From positions 1,408,001 to 1,472,000 of the forward strand of contig JASGHJ010000002.1 in assembly GCA_047602405.1 (NCBI GenBank): 64,000 bases of DNA, read 5' to 3'. The DNA comes from Anaeromyxobacteraceae bacterium. Lineage in GTDB: Bacteria; Myxococcota; Myxococcia; Myxococcales; Anaeromyxobacteraceae. The position numbers and the translations under genes were made by a program. This document shows positions 29,885 to 41,743 of this stretch, in pieces. The notes beneath the pieces were generated by a model. That model worked only from the letters and a program-made list of their open reading frames with translations. It searched no databases and was not told the DNA's origin. Position 1 is the stretch's first letter, and every line of letters starts with the position of its first letter.

Positions 29885-32155
29885 GTGACCCACAAGACCC
29901 GCGCCATCCTGCTGTTCGTGGTGGTGGCCTGCTTCACCGTCCTGCTGTTCGGGGGGGCGCAGATCTCCCAGCACAAGCCGCCCATCCCCGCGCGCATCGT
30001 CTCGCCGAGCGGCGAGGTGGTGATGACCGCCGAGGACATCGCGCTCGGCCAGCGCCAGTACCTCTCCCGCGGCGGCCAGAACACCGGCTCGGTCTGGGGG
30101 CACGGCGCCTACCTCGCGCCGGACTGGTCCGCCGACACGCTCCACCGCACCGGGCTCGCGACGGCGGGGCTCCTCTCCGGCCGCGGCCCGGGCCTGACCC
30201 AGGGCGAGCTCGAGGCGATGCCCGCCGGTGAGCGCGGCCGTGTCGAGGCCGAGACCGCGGCCGAGCTGCGCAGGAACCGCTACGACGCGGCGACCGACAC
30301 CCTCACGCTCTCGCCCGGCCAGGCCGCGGCGTTCCCGGGCCTGGTCGCGTACTACACGAAGCTCTTCGGGGAGGGCTCCGACGCGATGTCGATCCCGCGC
30401 GGCTTCGTCGCCGACCCGGCCGACGCCCGCGCGATGACCGCGTTCTTCTTCTGGACCGCCTGGGCCGCCGGCACGAACCGCCCCGGCGTCGACTACAGCT
30501 ACACCGCCAACTTCCCGTTCGACCCGCTCGTCGGCAACCGGCCGCTCGCCTCCGCGCTCGTCTGGTCGATCGCCTCGGTCGTGCTCCTCATCCTCGGCAT
30601 CGCGACCGCGCTCTACCTGTACCTGCGGATGCGCGCGAAGGAGCCCGAGCACGCCGTGAAGCTCGAGGCCCTCGGCGAGCCCCGGCCCACCCCGTCCCAG
30701 CGCGCCGCGCTGCCGTACTTCCTGGTCGCGATCCTCCTCTTCGTCGTCCAGGCGGCCCTGGGCTCCATCACCGGCCACTTCGCCGTGGAGGGCAACAAGC
30801 TCTTCGGGATCGACGTCGGGCAGCTCCTGCCGTACGCCGCCACCCGCACCTGGCACCTCCAGCTCGCCGTGTTCTGGATCGCCACCTGCTGGCTCGCGAC
30901 CGGCCTCTTCATCGGCCCCGCGGTCGGCGGCGTCGAGCCGAAGGGCCAGAAGCCGCTCGTCCTCGTGCTCCTCGGCGCGCTCGTGGTCGTGGTCGTCGGC
31001 GCCCTCGTCGGCACCTACCTCGGCGTCCAGGGCAAGCTCTCCGGCCCGAACGGCTGGTGGATCGGCCACCAGGGCTACGAGTACATCGAGCTCGGCCGCG
31101 TCTGGCAGATCGCGCTCATCGCCGGCATGCTGCTCTGGCTGTTCCTCGTCTACCGCGCGGTGAAGCCGGCCCTCGACGCCGAGAAGGACAAGGGCGGCCT
31201 CACGCACCTGCTCCTCTACGCGTCGGTCACCATCCCGCTCTTCTACTCGGTCGGGCTCTTCTACACGCCGGGCACGCACATCGCCGTCGCCGACTACTGG
31301 CGCTGGTGGGTGGTGCACCTCTGGGTCGAGAACTTCTTCGAGGTGTTCGCGACGGTGGCGCTCGCCTTCATCCTGGCGCGCATCGGGGCCGTCGGGCAGA
31401 AGGCGGCGCTCCGCGCGACCTACTTCTCGATCCTCCTCTACCTGGGCGCCGGCATCATCGGCACCTTCCACCACCTCTACTTCACCGGCTCGCCGCTCTT
31501 CATCACGGCGCTCGGCGCGACCTTCTCGGCCCTCGAGATCGTCCCGCTCACGCTGCTCGGCTTCGAGGTGTACGAGAACCTGAAGCTCGCCCGCTCGGGC
31601 GGGAACGCCGAGCCCTGGCGCTGGCCGCTCTACTTCTTCGTCGCGGTCGCCTTCTGGAACGCGGTGGGCGCCGGCGTGCTCGGGTTCCTCATCAACCCGC
31701 CGATCGTCCTCTACTACGCGCAGGGGCTCAACACGACGCCCATCCACTCCCACGGCGCGCTGTTCGGCGTGTACGGGTTCCTCGCCATCGCGCTCATGCT
31801 CTTCTCGATGCGGAACATCGTCTCCCGCGAGGCCTGGAGCGACCGCCTGCTGAAGTGGGCGTTCTGGGGGCTCAACCTGGGGCTCGCCGGCATGATCGTC
31901 TTCTCGCTGCTCCCGGCCGGCATCTACCAGTTCGCCATCGCCATCGAGAAGGGGCTCTGGTACGCCCGCAGCCCCGAGGTGACCGGCAGCGCGTTCATCC
32001 ACGCCGCCACCTGGGCCCGGCTCGTCCCGGACCTCGTGTTCGACGTGGGCGGCCTCGCGCTCCTCGCCTTCGTGGTCCGCGCCATCGCGATCGACCTCCG
32101 GGTCCGCGCGGCGCGGCCGGTCGAAGAGGTCGCCGAGCGCGCGAAGGCCGCCTGA
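29885..32155 (+). CDS. norB: Quinol-dependent nitric oxide reductase (qNor, NorZ type)
   Basis: GSVWGHGAYLAPDW, TWHLQLA, WWVVHLWVENFFEVFAT, GTFHHLY, HSHGALFGVYG; 756 aa. Confidence 0.96.
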   Translation: MTHKTRAILLFVVVACFTVLLFGGAQISQHKPPIPARIVSPSGEVVMTAEDIALGQRQYLSRGGQNTGSVWGHGAYLAPDWSADTLHRTGLATAGLLSGRGPGLTQGELEAMPAGERGRVEAETAAELRRNRYDAATDTLTLSPGQAAAFPGLVAYYTKLFGEGSDAMSIPRGFVADPADARAMTAFFFWTAWAAGTNRPGVDYSYTANFPFDPLVGNRPLASALVWSIASVVLLILGIATALYLYLRMRAKEPEHAVKLEALGEPRPTPSQRAALPYFLVAILLFVVQAALGSITGHFAVEGNKLFGIDVGQLLPYAATRTWHLQLAVFWIATCWLATGLFIGPAVGGVEPKGQKPLVLVLLGALVVVVVGALVGTYLGVQGKLSGPNGWWIGHQGYEYIELGRVWQIALIAGMLLWLFLVYRAVKPALDAEKDKGGLTHLLLYASVTIPLFYSVGLFYTPGTHIAVADYWRWWVVHLWVENFFEVFATVALAFILARIGAVGQKAALRATYFSILLYLGAGIIGTFHHLYFTGSPLFITALGATFSALEIVPLTLLGFEVYENLKLARSGGNAEPWRWPLYFFVAVAFWNAVGAGVLGFLINPPIVLYYAQGLNTTPIHSHGALFGVYGFLAIALMLFSMRNIVSREAWSDRLLKWAFWGLNLGLAGMIVFSLLPAGIYQFAIAIEKGLWYARSPEVTGSAFIHAATWARLVPDLVFDVGGLALLAFVVRAIAIDLRVRAARPVEEVAERAKAA

Positions 32156-32275
32156 CGGCCGCCCGGCCGCCGGGCCGGCATCCGTGAAGCAGCATCCCGG
32201 GGAGGTGGCCACCGCGCCGCCTCCCCGGGCGCGTTCCGGGGGGCGTGCCCAGCTTGCCCCGAGGAGGGAGGCCCC

Positions 32276-32767
32276 GTGAACGCGATCGACCTGTTGACCC
32301 AGCAGCACCGCGAGGTGGAGGACCTGTTCGAGGAGTTCGAGGACGCCGGCGAGGGCGCCCTGAAGACGAAGGAGCGGCTCTGCCAGCGCATCTCCGACGC
32401 GCTCGCGGTGCACGCGGAGATCGAGGAGAAGATCTTCTACCCGGCGGCGAAGCGGGACGACACCGAGGAGCTGCTGCGGGAGTCGCTCGAGGAGCACCTC
32501 GCCGTGAAGCGGCTCGTCGCGGACCTCGTCCAGGACGCGCCGGAGGGCGCCGAGCTCGACGCCAAGATGCAGGTGCTCCGGGAGCAGGTGGAGCACCACG
32601 TCGAGGAGGAGGAGGGCGACCTCTTCCCGAAGACGAGGAAGGCGCTCTCCCGCGAGGAGCTCGAGGAGATCGGCGGCCGGATGCAGGAGCTCGCCGACGA
32701 CCTGGAGTCGAGGGGCAGCCCGCGGGACGCCGTCCCGGGGCAGACCGACGCGCCCCCCAAGATCTGA
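32276..32767 (+). CDS. Hemerythrin/HHE cation-binding protein
   Basis: QHREVEDLF, HAEIEEKIFYP, EEH, HHVEEEE..LFP. Confidence 0.9.
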   Translation: MNAIDLLTQQHREVEDLFEEFEDAGEGALKTKERLCQRISDALAVHAEIEEKIFYPAAKRDDTEELLRESLEEHLAVKRLVADLVQDAPEGAELDAKMQVLREQVEHHVEEEEGDLFPKTRKALSREELEEIGGRMQELADDLESRGSPRDAVPGQTDAPPKI

Positions 32768-32840
32768 GCGGACGCTCCCGGGGGGCCCCAGGTCGGGCGG
32801 CCGGGTTGCCCCGGGAACGGCGCGGGCTTACAAACCCGGG

Positions 32841-33842
32841 GTGACCGAGACGGGTGTCATCGCGGGGTCGAGGCCGGGGCGGAACGACCCCTGCTGGTGC
32901 GGCAGCGGCCAGAAGTACAAGAAGTGCCACCTCGAGGCGGACGAGGGCAGGGCCCCCGCGCCCGCGGGGGCGCCGGCACCGGCGCGCGCCCAGCGGAAGC
33001 CGCTGCGCGCGGGCCGGGTCTCGCCGATGCGGGCCGTCCCCGCGTCCGTCCCGCGGCCGGACTACGCCGCGGGCGGACGCCCGAAGGCGCAGGGCAAGGA
33101 CGTGAAGACGCCCGGCGAGCTCGCGCGCCTGAGGAACGCCTGCCGCGCCGCGGCCCGCGTGCTGCGGGTGGCCGGCGAGGCCGTCCGGCCCGGCATCACC
33201 ACCGATGCGCTCGACGAGATCGCCCACGCCGAGTACCTGCGGCTCGGCGCGTACCCGAGCCCGCTCAACTACCGCGGCTTCCCGAAGTCGATCTGCACCT
33301 CGGTGAACGAGGTCATCTGCCACGGGATCCCGGACAGCCGGCCGCTCGAGGCGGGCGACATCGTCAACCTCGACATCACCGCCTACCTCGACGGCATGCA
33401 CGGCGACTGCTCGGCCACCTTCCTCGTCGGCGAGGTCGACGCGGCGGGCGCGAAGCTCGTGGAGGCCGCGCGCACCTGCCTCGAGCTCGGCGTGGCGGCG
33501 GTGCGGCCCGGCCGGCCGATCTCCGACATCGGCCGTGCCATCGAGGCGCACGCCTCGAGGCAGGGCTACGGCGTGGTGCGCTCGTACTGCGGACACGGGA
33601 TCGGCGAGAGCTTCCACACCGCGCTCCAGATCCCGCACCACTACGACCGGAGCATGAAGCGGGTGATGGAGCCGGGCCTGACCTTCACGGTCGAGCCGAT
33701 GATCACCGAGGGGACCTGGCAGGACCTCCTGTGGGACGACGGCTGGACCGCGATCACCGCGGACGGCAAGCGCTCGGCGCAGTTCGAGCACACCGTCGCG
33801 GTGACCGAGGACGGCGTCGAGGTCCTGACCGTCGAGGCCTGA
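32841..33842 (+). CDS. map: Type I methionine aminopeptidase with N-terminal SEC-C motif
   Basis: GRNDPCWCGSGQKYKKCH; FPKSICTSVNEVICHGIP, GHGIG..FH, FTVEPM, SAQFEHT. Confidence 0.96.
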   Translation: MTETGVIAGSRPGRNDPCWCGSGQKYKKCHLEADEGRAPAPAGAPAPARAQRKPLRAGRVSPMRAVPASVPRPDYAAGGRPKAQGKDVKTPGELARLRNACRAAARVLRVAGEAVRPGITTDALDEIAHAEYLRLGAYPSPLNYRGFPKSICTSVNEVICHGIPDSRPLEAGDIVNLDITAYLDGMHGDCSATFLVGEVDAAGAKLVEAARTCLELGVAAVRPGRPISDIGRAIEAHASRQGYGVVRSYCGHGIGESFHTALQIPHHYDRSMKRVMEPGLTFTVEPMITEGTWQDLLWDDGWTAITADGKRSAQFEHTVAVTEDGVEVLTVEA

Positions 33843-33844
33843 GC

Positions 33845-33900
33845 ACCCTGGAAGGCCGGGGGTACCCTGGAAGGCCCGGGGAACCTAGAAGGCCCGGGCC
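33845..33900. repeat. Three tandem 18-19 bp imperfect repeats spanning the MCP stop codon
   Basis: ACCCTGGAAGGCCGGGGGT / ACCCTGGAAGGCCCGGGGA / ACCTAGAAGGCCCGGGCC. Confidence 0.75.
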
Positions 33901-36521
33901 CGCGCGTTCGCGGCCGCGCGCCCCGCGAGCCGCGGCGCCGGCGCGAGCGCTCCGCCGCGCTCGAGCCTGAACGAGCCCACCATCGCGGCGAGCTCCTCGG
34001 CCTGACCGGAGAGCTCGGAGGCCGCCGAGGACGACTCCTCGGCGCTCGCCGCGTTCTGCTGGGTGACCTTGTCCATCTCGGACACCGCCGAGCGCACCTG
34101 GTCGATGCCGCCCGCCTGGTCGCGGGCGGCCGTGGTGATGGTGCCCACGATCCCGCTCACCTTGCCGATGCCGGCGACGATCCCGGCGAGCGTGTCGGCG
34201 ACGCGGTGGGAGGCGGCCTCGCCCTCGCCGGCCTCGGCGACCGACTGCCGGATGAGCGCCTCGGTCCGCTGCGCGGCGTCCTTCGCCCGGAGCGCGAGCG
34301 AGCGGACCTCCTCGGCGACGACCGCGAACCCGCGGCCCGCCTCGCCGGCACGGGCCGCCTCGACGGCGGCGTTGAGCGCGAGGAGGTTGGTCTGGAAGGC
34401 GATCTCCGAGACGTCCCGGATGATCTGCCCGGTGCCCTCGGCGGACGCCCGGATCCGCTGCATGGTCCCCTGGAGCGCCTGGACCGCGGCGGTGCCCTGG
34501 CCGGCGGCGTCGCGGGTGGAGGCGGCGAGGCCGTTGGCCTCCTCGGCGCTCCGGGCGGAGGCGCGGGTCTGCTCGGCGACCGACTCGAGCGACGCGCCGG
34601 TCTCCACGAGGGAGGCGGCCTGCTCGGAGGCGCCGGTGGCGACCGCCTGGGCGGAGGCGGCGATCTGCGAGGAGGCCGACGAGACCTGCTCGACCGCGGC
34701 CGCCACCTGGGCGAGCGCGTCGTGCAGGGCGCCGGCGGTGGCGTTCACCGCCTCCTTCATGCGGGCGTGGTCGCCGCGGAACTCGCCGCGGACCCGGGCG
34801 CGCAGGTCCCGCGCCGCGAGCGTCTCGAGCACGGCCGAGGACTCCGTCACGGGCGCGATGACCGCGTCGAGCGTGGCGTTCACGCCCTCGACGATCCGGC
34901 GCCAGTCGCCGGCGTGGGCGGAGGCGTCGGCGCGCACCGAGAGGCGGCCGGCGACGGCTGCGTCCACGAGCGCGCGGGTGTCCGCGACGAGCCGGTTCAC
35001 GGCGGCGATGCAGCCGTCGAGGTTGCGCTTCAGCGCGGAGAGGTCGCCGGGGAAGGCGCCCTCGATGGCGCCGGGGATCTCGCCCCGCGCGATGCCGTCG
35101 ACCGCGCGCGCGGCCGCCTCGAGGGGGCCGACCACCGCGTCGAGCGTGCGGTTCATGCCGTCCACGATGCGGCGGAACTCCCCGGGGTGGCGGGTGGAGT
35201 CCGCGCGCACGTGGAGCTTCCCGGCCGCGCCGGCCTCGGCGAGCCCGTTCACGTCTGCGACGAGCGCGTTCACCGCCTCGATGCAGGCGTTGAGGTTCTT
35301 CTCCATGGCCGCGAAGTCGCCGCGGGAGGTCTCGGGGACCCGCGCCGGGATCTCGCCGCGGGCGATGGCGTCGACGGTGGCGGCGGCGCGCTCGATGGGG
35401 CCGACCACGGCGTCCAGCGTCCGGTTCACGCCGTCGACGATCCGGCGGTACTCGCCCTGGTGGCGGGAGGCGTCGGCGCGGGTCCTGAGGCGCCCCTCGG
35501 TGCCCGCCTCGGCGAGCGCGGTCACGTCGGCCGCGAGCGCGGTCACGCCGTCGATGCAGCCGTTGAGGCTGCGCTGGATGCGGTCGAAGTCACCGCGGAG
35601 CGCCTCGTCGAGGCGAGGGGGGAGCTCGCCGCGCCCGAGCCGCTCGAGGTGGTCCACCGTGAGCCGGACCGGGCGCTCGTAGGCGTCGAGGATCTCGTTC
35701 ATGCCCCGGACGATCGGGCCGAACTCGGCGCTCATGCGGGAGGCGTCGCCGCGGACGTCGAGGCGGCCCTCGGCGACGGAGGAGGTGAGCCGGCCCGCCT
35801 CCGCGGACAGGAAGGCGAGGGGGCGGGTGATCGAGCGGCCGAGCCAGAACGCGAGGCCGGCGGCCGGCAGGAGCGTGAGGGCGACGGTGAGGAGGATCGC
35901 GTAGAGGGCCTCCCGGCGCGCCTGCTCGGTGGCGGCGCGCTTCGCCGCGACCAGGGTGTCGATGTCGTCGACGTAGTTGCCCGTGCCCACCACCCAGCCG
36001 AACGGCTCGAAGGCGAGGGAGTAGCCGCGCTTCGGGAGCGCCTTGCCGCCCTCGGCGCGGGGGAACGCGTAGTCGGTGTAGCCGCCGCCGGGCTTGCGCC
36101 CGTTCTCGAGGATGGCGCGGACGAGGGGGAAGCCGTTCGCGTCCCGCTGGTCGAGGCGGCTCTGACCCTCGATGGGCCTGCCGAGGAGCACGACGTTCAC
36201 GCCGTCGTAGGTGTCCGCCCAGAAGTAGTTGCTCTCGCCGTAGCGCAGGCCGCGCAGGAGGTCGGCGCCCTGCTTCCGCGCCTCGTCGAGCGTGAGCTCG
36301 CCGCGCTGCGCGCGCGCCGCGAGCTGCCCGAGCAGGGAGACCGCGGTCTCGACCTGGCTGCGCGCCTCGCGGTCGAAGGCCTCCCGCAGGGTGCGGTCGA
36401 GCCCGGCCACCTCGCGCTCGGCGGCGTCGTGCCCCTGCTTGACCATGAAGCCGCCGAGGGCGGCGGCGACGACGAGCCCCGCGCCGACGCCGAGGGCGAT
36501 GATCTGGGTGCGGATCTTCAT
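33885..36521 (-). CDS. Methyl-accepting chemotaxis protein (single Cache sensor, poly-HAMP)
   Basis: TM-Cache (LRYG..NYFWAD, GWVVGTG.YVDD)-TM; repeated HAMP units; [34 protein letters not shown]. Confidence 0.95.
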   Translation of the reverse strand: MKIRTQIIALGVGAGLVVAAALGGFMVKQGHDAAEREVAGLDRTLREAFDREARSQVETAVSLLGQLAARAQRGELTLDEARKQGADLLRGLRYGESNYFWADTYDGVNVVLLGRPIEGQSRLDQRDANGFPLVRAILENGRKPGGGYTDYAFPRAEGGKALPKRGYSLAFEPFGWVVGTGNYVDDIDTLVAAKRAATEQARREALYAILLTVALTLLPAAGLAFWLGRSITRPLAFLSAEAGRLTSSVAEGRLDVRGDASRMSAEFGPIVRGMNEILDAYERPVRLTVDHLERLGRGELPPRLDEALRGDFDRIQRSLNGCIDGVTALAADVTALAEAGTEGRLRTRADASRHQGEYRRIVDGVNRTLDAVVGPIERAAATVDAIARGEIPARVPETSRGDFAAMEKNLNACIEAVNALVADVNGLAEAGAAGKLHVRADSTRHPGEFRRIVDGMNRTLDAVVGPLEAAARAVDGIARGEIPGAIEGAFPGDLSALKRNLDGCIAAVNRLVADTRALVDAAVAGRLSVRADASAHAGDWRRIVEGVNATLDAVIAPVTESSAVLETLAARDLRARVRGEFRGDHARMKEAVNATAGALHDALAQVAAAVEQVSSASSQIAASAQAVATGASEQAASLVETGASLESVAEQTRASARSAEEANGLAASTRDAAGQGTAAVQALQGTMQRIRASAEGTGQIIRDVSEIAFQTNLLALNAAVEAARAGEAGRGFAVVAEEVRSLALRAKDAAQRTEALIRQSVAEAGEGEAASHRVADTLAGIVAGIGKVSGIVGTITTAARDQAGGIDQVRSAVSEMDKVTQQNAASAEESSSAASELSGQAEELAAMVGSFRLERGGALAPAPRLAGRAAANARARAF

Positions 36522-36779
36522 GCCGCGACCGGGTTGCAGGCGACGTGCCGTCGCAGGCCGAGGGTCGACCGGTCGAAAGCAGGCGGTATCCGGTCGCTTC
36601 CCGGGGGCGGGCGGGGGCGGCGTTACGTCCGGGTGGTATGGGACCGCCCCAGCGCGACCCAGCCCTGACCCGGTGCGAGGAGGTGCGAGCGTGGTTGCCC
36701 TCGTGCCGCGCCTCCGTCCATCATGGCGCGGACCTCGGCGCGCCCCGCGCCGGGTCCCTCGGAGGCCGCAAGGGACACC

Positions 36780-38457
36780 ATGAAGCTCGCGCTCGAGCTC
36801 GTCGAGGTGCTCGCGGTCTTCGTGGTGATCTTCTACCTGTACTGCCACTCGCCCGCGTTCCGGCCGCTGAAGCCCGACTGGCCCCGGCCCCGCGGCAAGG
36901 TGCGGCTCTACCTCGTCTTCACCGCCATCGCAATCCTCGGGAACTACCTCGGGGTGCCCGTCGTCGAGGGCCAGGCGATCGTGAACGCGCGCGCGGTGGG
37001 CGCCGTGCTCGCCGGCCTCGTGGGCGGCCCCTGGCTCGGGCTCCTGGTGGGCGTGACGGCGGGCATCCACCGGGTCACCGCGCTCACCGGCTCGGCCGCG
37101 CTCGCGGGGGCGGTCGCGACCACGCTCGAGGGCGGGCTCGCCGGGCTCGTGCACCTCGCGCTGAAGCGCCGGCCCGAGACGCTGATGACGCCGCCGGTCG
37201 CCTTCCTGACGACGCTCCTCGGGGAAGTCCTGCACATGGGCATCGTGCTCCTCCTCACGCGGCCCTACGCGCAGGCCCTCGCGATCGTCCAGGCCATCGC
37301 GCCGCCCATGGTGCTCGCGAACCCCATCGGCTCGGCGCTCTTCATGACCGTGCTGCGGGAGCGCCAGCGCGAGGAGGACGCGGTCGCCGCGGCCTCCTCC
37401 GCGCGCGCGCTCGAGGTCGCGGAGCGCACCCTGCACCTGATGGGCCGGGGCCTCCGGCCCGAGGTGGCCGCCGAGCTCGCCGCAATCGTGCTCGAGGAGA
37501 CCGGGGTGGGCGCGGTGGGCGTGACCGACACCGCGCGGATCCTCGGGTGGGCGGGGCTCGCGGGGGATCACCACCGCCCCGGGAACGCCATCGCGTCGCC
37601 CCACACGAAGCAGGCGATCTCGACGAGCAAGGTGGTGTTCGCGGACGGGGAGCGCCAGTCCTACGACTGCACGCTCTCGCCGTCCTGCCCGCTCGCCTCG
37701 GTGCTGATCGCGCCGCTCACGGTGAGCGGGGCGGTGGTGGGCACGGTGCCAGCTCTTCGAGCCCCGGGGGCGGCGGTTCCTCAACATGAACCGCTCGCTC
37801 GGGGAGGGGCTCGCGGCCCTGCTCTCGAGCCAGCTCGTGCAGTCTCGCTTCGAGGAGCAGAAGGATCTCCTGGTCCTCTCCGAGCTGAAGCTCGCCCGGG
37901 CGCAGGTGAACCCGCACTTCCTCTTCAACGCGATCAACACCATCGTGGCCGTGCTCCGGCGCGACCCGGAGCGCGCCCGGGGGCTGCTCGTCCACCTCGC
38001 CGGCTTCTTCAGGAAGAACCTCAAGCGCTCCACCGAGCTCTCCACGCTCGCCGAGGAGCTCGAGCACGTCGGCGCCTACCTCGAGATCGAGAAGGCGCGC
38101 CACGAGGGGCGGGTGCGGGTCGAGACCGACGTGGACCCGGCGCTCCTCGGCCTCGCGCTGCCGAGCTTCACGCTCCAGCCGCTCGTCGAGAACGCCTTCA
38201 AGCACGGCGTCGCGAACGTGCTCGGCGAGGGGCGCGTCACCGTGCGGGCGCGCGTCGGCGACGGGGGGCCGGTGCTCGAGGTGGAGGACACGGGGGGCGC
38301 CTGGAAGGCGCCGGTCCCCGGCAACGCCGGGCTCGGGCTCCAAATCGTCGACAAGCGCCTCAAGAACCTGTTCGGCGCGCAGTTCGGCGTCGAGGTCACC
38401 TGCGTGCCCGACGCGCTCACCCGCGTGTCGGTCCGGCTGCCTCCCCCGGGGGCCTGA
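36780..38457 (+). CDS. LytS/BtsS(YehU)-family sensor histidine kinase (apparent +1 indel near 37750)
   Basis: 5TM-LytS N-term (NARAVG..LAGL.GGP, GIHR), GAF, then [31 protein letters not shown]. Confidence 0.92.
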
Positions 38458-38460
38458 AGC

Positions 38461-39165
38461 GTGATGCGTGCGATCCTGGTGGACGACGAGGTCCATGCCC
38501 GCGAGGAGCTCGCCTCCCTCCTCGAGGAGACCGGCGCCTTCGAGCTCCTCGCGCGGTGCGCGAACGCCGTCGAGGCCATGCAGGCCATCCGGGCCGGGCG
38601 GCCCGACGTGCTCTTCCTCGACATCCAGATGCCGGGCATCTCCGGCTTCGAGCTCCTCTCGATGCTCGAGGACGAGGCGCCGCCGGAGGTGGTGTTCGTG
38701 ACCGCCCACGACGAGCACGCGCTCCAGGCCTTCGAGGCGCGGGCCATCGACTACCTCCTGAAGCCGGTGAGCCGGGAGCGGCTCGCGAAGACGGTGGACC
38801 GGCTCAGGCGGGGGCAGGGGGCGGGGCAGGCCCGGCAGCTGCGCGCGCCGATCCGCCGGATCCCGTGCCTGGTGGGCCGGGCGATCAAGCTCGTCGACGT
38901 CGAGGACGTCGAGTTCGTCCGCTCGAGCGAGGCCGGGGTGCACGTGAACACCGCCGCCGGCGAGCTCTTCACCGAGCTCACGCTCAAGGTGCTCGAGGAG
39001 CGCGCCGAGCTCGTCCGCTGCCACAAGCAGTACCTCGTGCGCGTGGAGCACATCGACGAGGTCGTGCTCGAGGACGGCGGCGCCACCCTCAGGACCCGCA
39101 GCGGCAAGTCGGTGCCCGTGAGCCGCCGCCTGCTCGGCCCGCTGCGCGAGCGGCTCGGGATCTGA
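38461..39165 (+). CDS. LytTR response regulator (BtsR/YehT-like)
   Basis: VDDE, FLDIQMPGISG, FVTAHDEHA..AF, DYLLKP, RCHKQYLV, PVSRR. Confidence 0.93.
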   Translation: MMRAILVDDEVHAREELASLLEETGAFELLARCANAVEAMQAIRAGRPDVLFLDIQMPGISGFELLSMLEDEAPPEVVFVTAHDEHALQAFEARAIDYLLKPVSRERLAKTVDRLRRGQGAGQARQLRAPIRRIPCLVGRAIKLVDVEDVEFVRSSEAGVHVNTAAGELFTELTLKVLEERAELVRCHKQYLVRVEHIDEVVLEDGGATLRTRSGKSVPVSRRLLGPLRERLGI

Positions 39166-39180
39166 CGCTCCGCGGCACCG

Positions 39181-39211
39181 CGCCGCTCACCCCCGCGTAC
39201 ACCGCCGCTCG
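39181..39211 (+). promoter_or_regulatory. Candidate LytTR (BtsR-type) direct-repeat binding site upstream of lctP
   Basis: CGCCGCTCA and CGCCGCTCG with a 22-bp period, similar to the E. coli BtsR ACCRCTYA repeats. Confidence 0.6.
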
Positions 39212-39328
39212 CTGCCCGCCTGCGACCAATCGCCAGGAACCCCGCACGGGGCCCTCCGGAGGGTGTGACCTCGGGTCCGTCTCCCCACCGCCGTCGCTGT
39301 CGGACACCCCGCACCCCGGAGGCCCGCC

Positions 39329-40957
<1,629 letters not shown>

Positions 40958-40999
40958 GCTCCGGCACCGTACCCCCCGACGGTGCACCGGAGGCCGCCC

Positions 41000-41743
41000 G
41001 TGAAGGTCGCGATCTTCGTCCCGTGCTACGTGGATCAGCTCTACCCGCAGGTGGCGCTCTCGACGGTGCGCCTCCTCGAGAAGCTGGGCTGCGAGGTCGT
41101 GTTCCCCGAGGAGCAGACCTGCTGCGGGCAGCCCATGGCGAACGCCGGCCACGCCGGCGCCGCCGTGCCGCTCGCCCGCCGGTTCCTCGACGTCTTCGAC
41201 GGCTTCGACCACGTGGTCTGCCCGTCGGGGAGCTGCACCTCCATGGTGCGGACCCACTACCCGTCGCTCGTCGGCGACGACCCCAGGCTCGCGAGGGTGC
41301 GCGGCGCGACGAAGGAGCTCTGCGAGTTCCTCGTCGACGTGCTGAGGGTGGACCGGGTGCCGGGGCGCTTCCCGCACCGGGTCGGCCTCCACCGGAGCTG
41401 CCACGGGCTGCGCGAGCTCCGGCTCGGCAGCGGCAGCGAGCGGAACGTGGCCGCGCACGACAAGGTGGCCTCGGTGCTCTCCGGGCTCGAGGGGCTCGAG
41501 CTCGTGCCGCTGACCCGGGCCGACGAGTGCTGCGGGTTCGGGGGCACGTTCGCGGTCGTGGAGGAGGCGGTCTCCGGCCTGATGGGCCGCGACCGCCTCG
41601 CCGACCACGTCGCGGCCGGGGCGGAGATCGTGACCGGCACCGACGTCTCGTGCCTCATGCACCTCGAGGGGCTGGCGCGGCGGCAGGGGACGCCGCTGCG
41701 CTTCCAGCACGTGGCCGAGGTCCTCGCGGAGGCGCTGACGTGA
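41000..41743 (+). CDS. lutA: Lactate utilisation protein LutA/YkgE (CCG domains)
   Basis: PCYVDQLYP, EQTCCGQP, SGSC, H.SCHGLR, ECCGFGGTF, SCLMH. Confidence 0.92.
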   Translation: MKVAIFVPCYVDQLYPQVALSTVRLLEKLGCEVVFPEEQTCCGQPMANAGHAGAAVPLARRFLDVFDGFDHVVCPSGSCTSMVRTHYPSLVGDDPRLARVRGATKELCEFLVDVLRVDRVPGRFPHRVGLHRSCHGLRELRLGSGSERNVAAHDKVASVLSGLEGLELVPLTRADECCGFGGTFAVVEEAVSGLMGRDRLADHVAAGAEIVTGTDVSCLMHLEGLARRQGTPLRFQHVAEVLAEALT

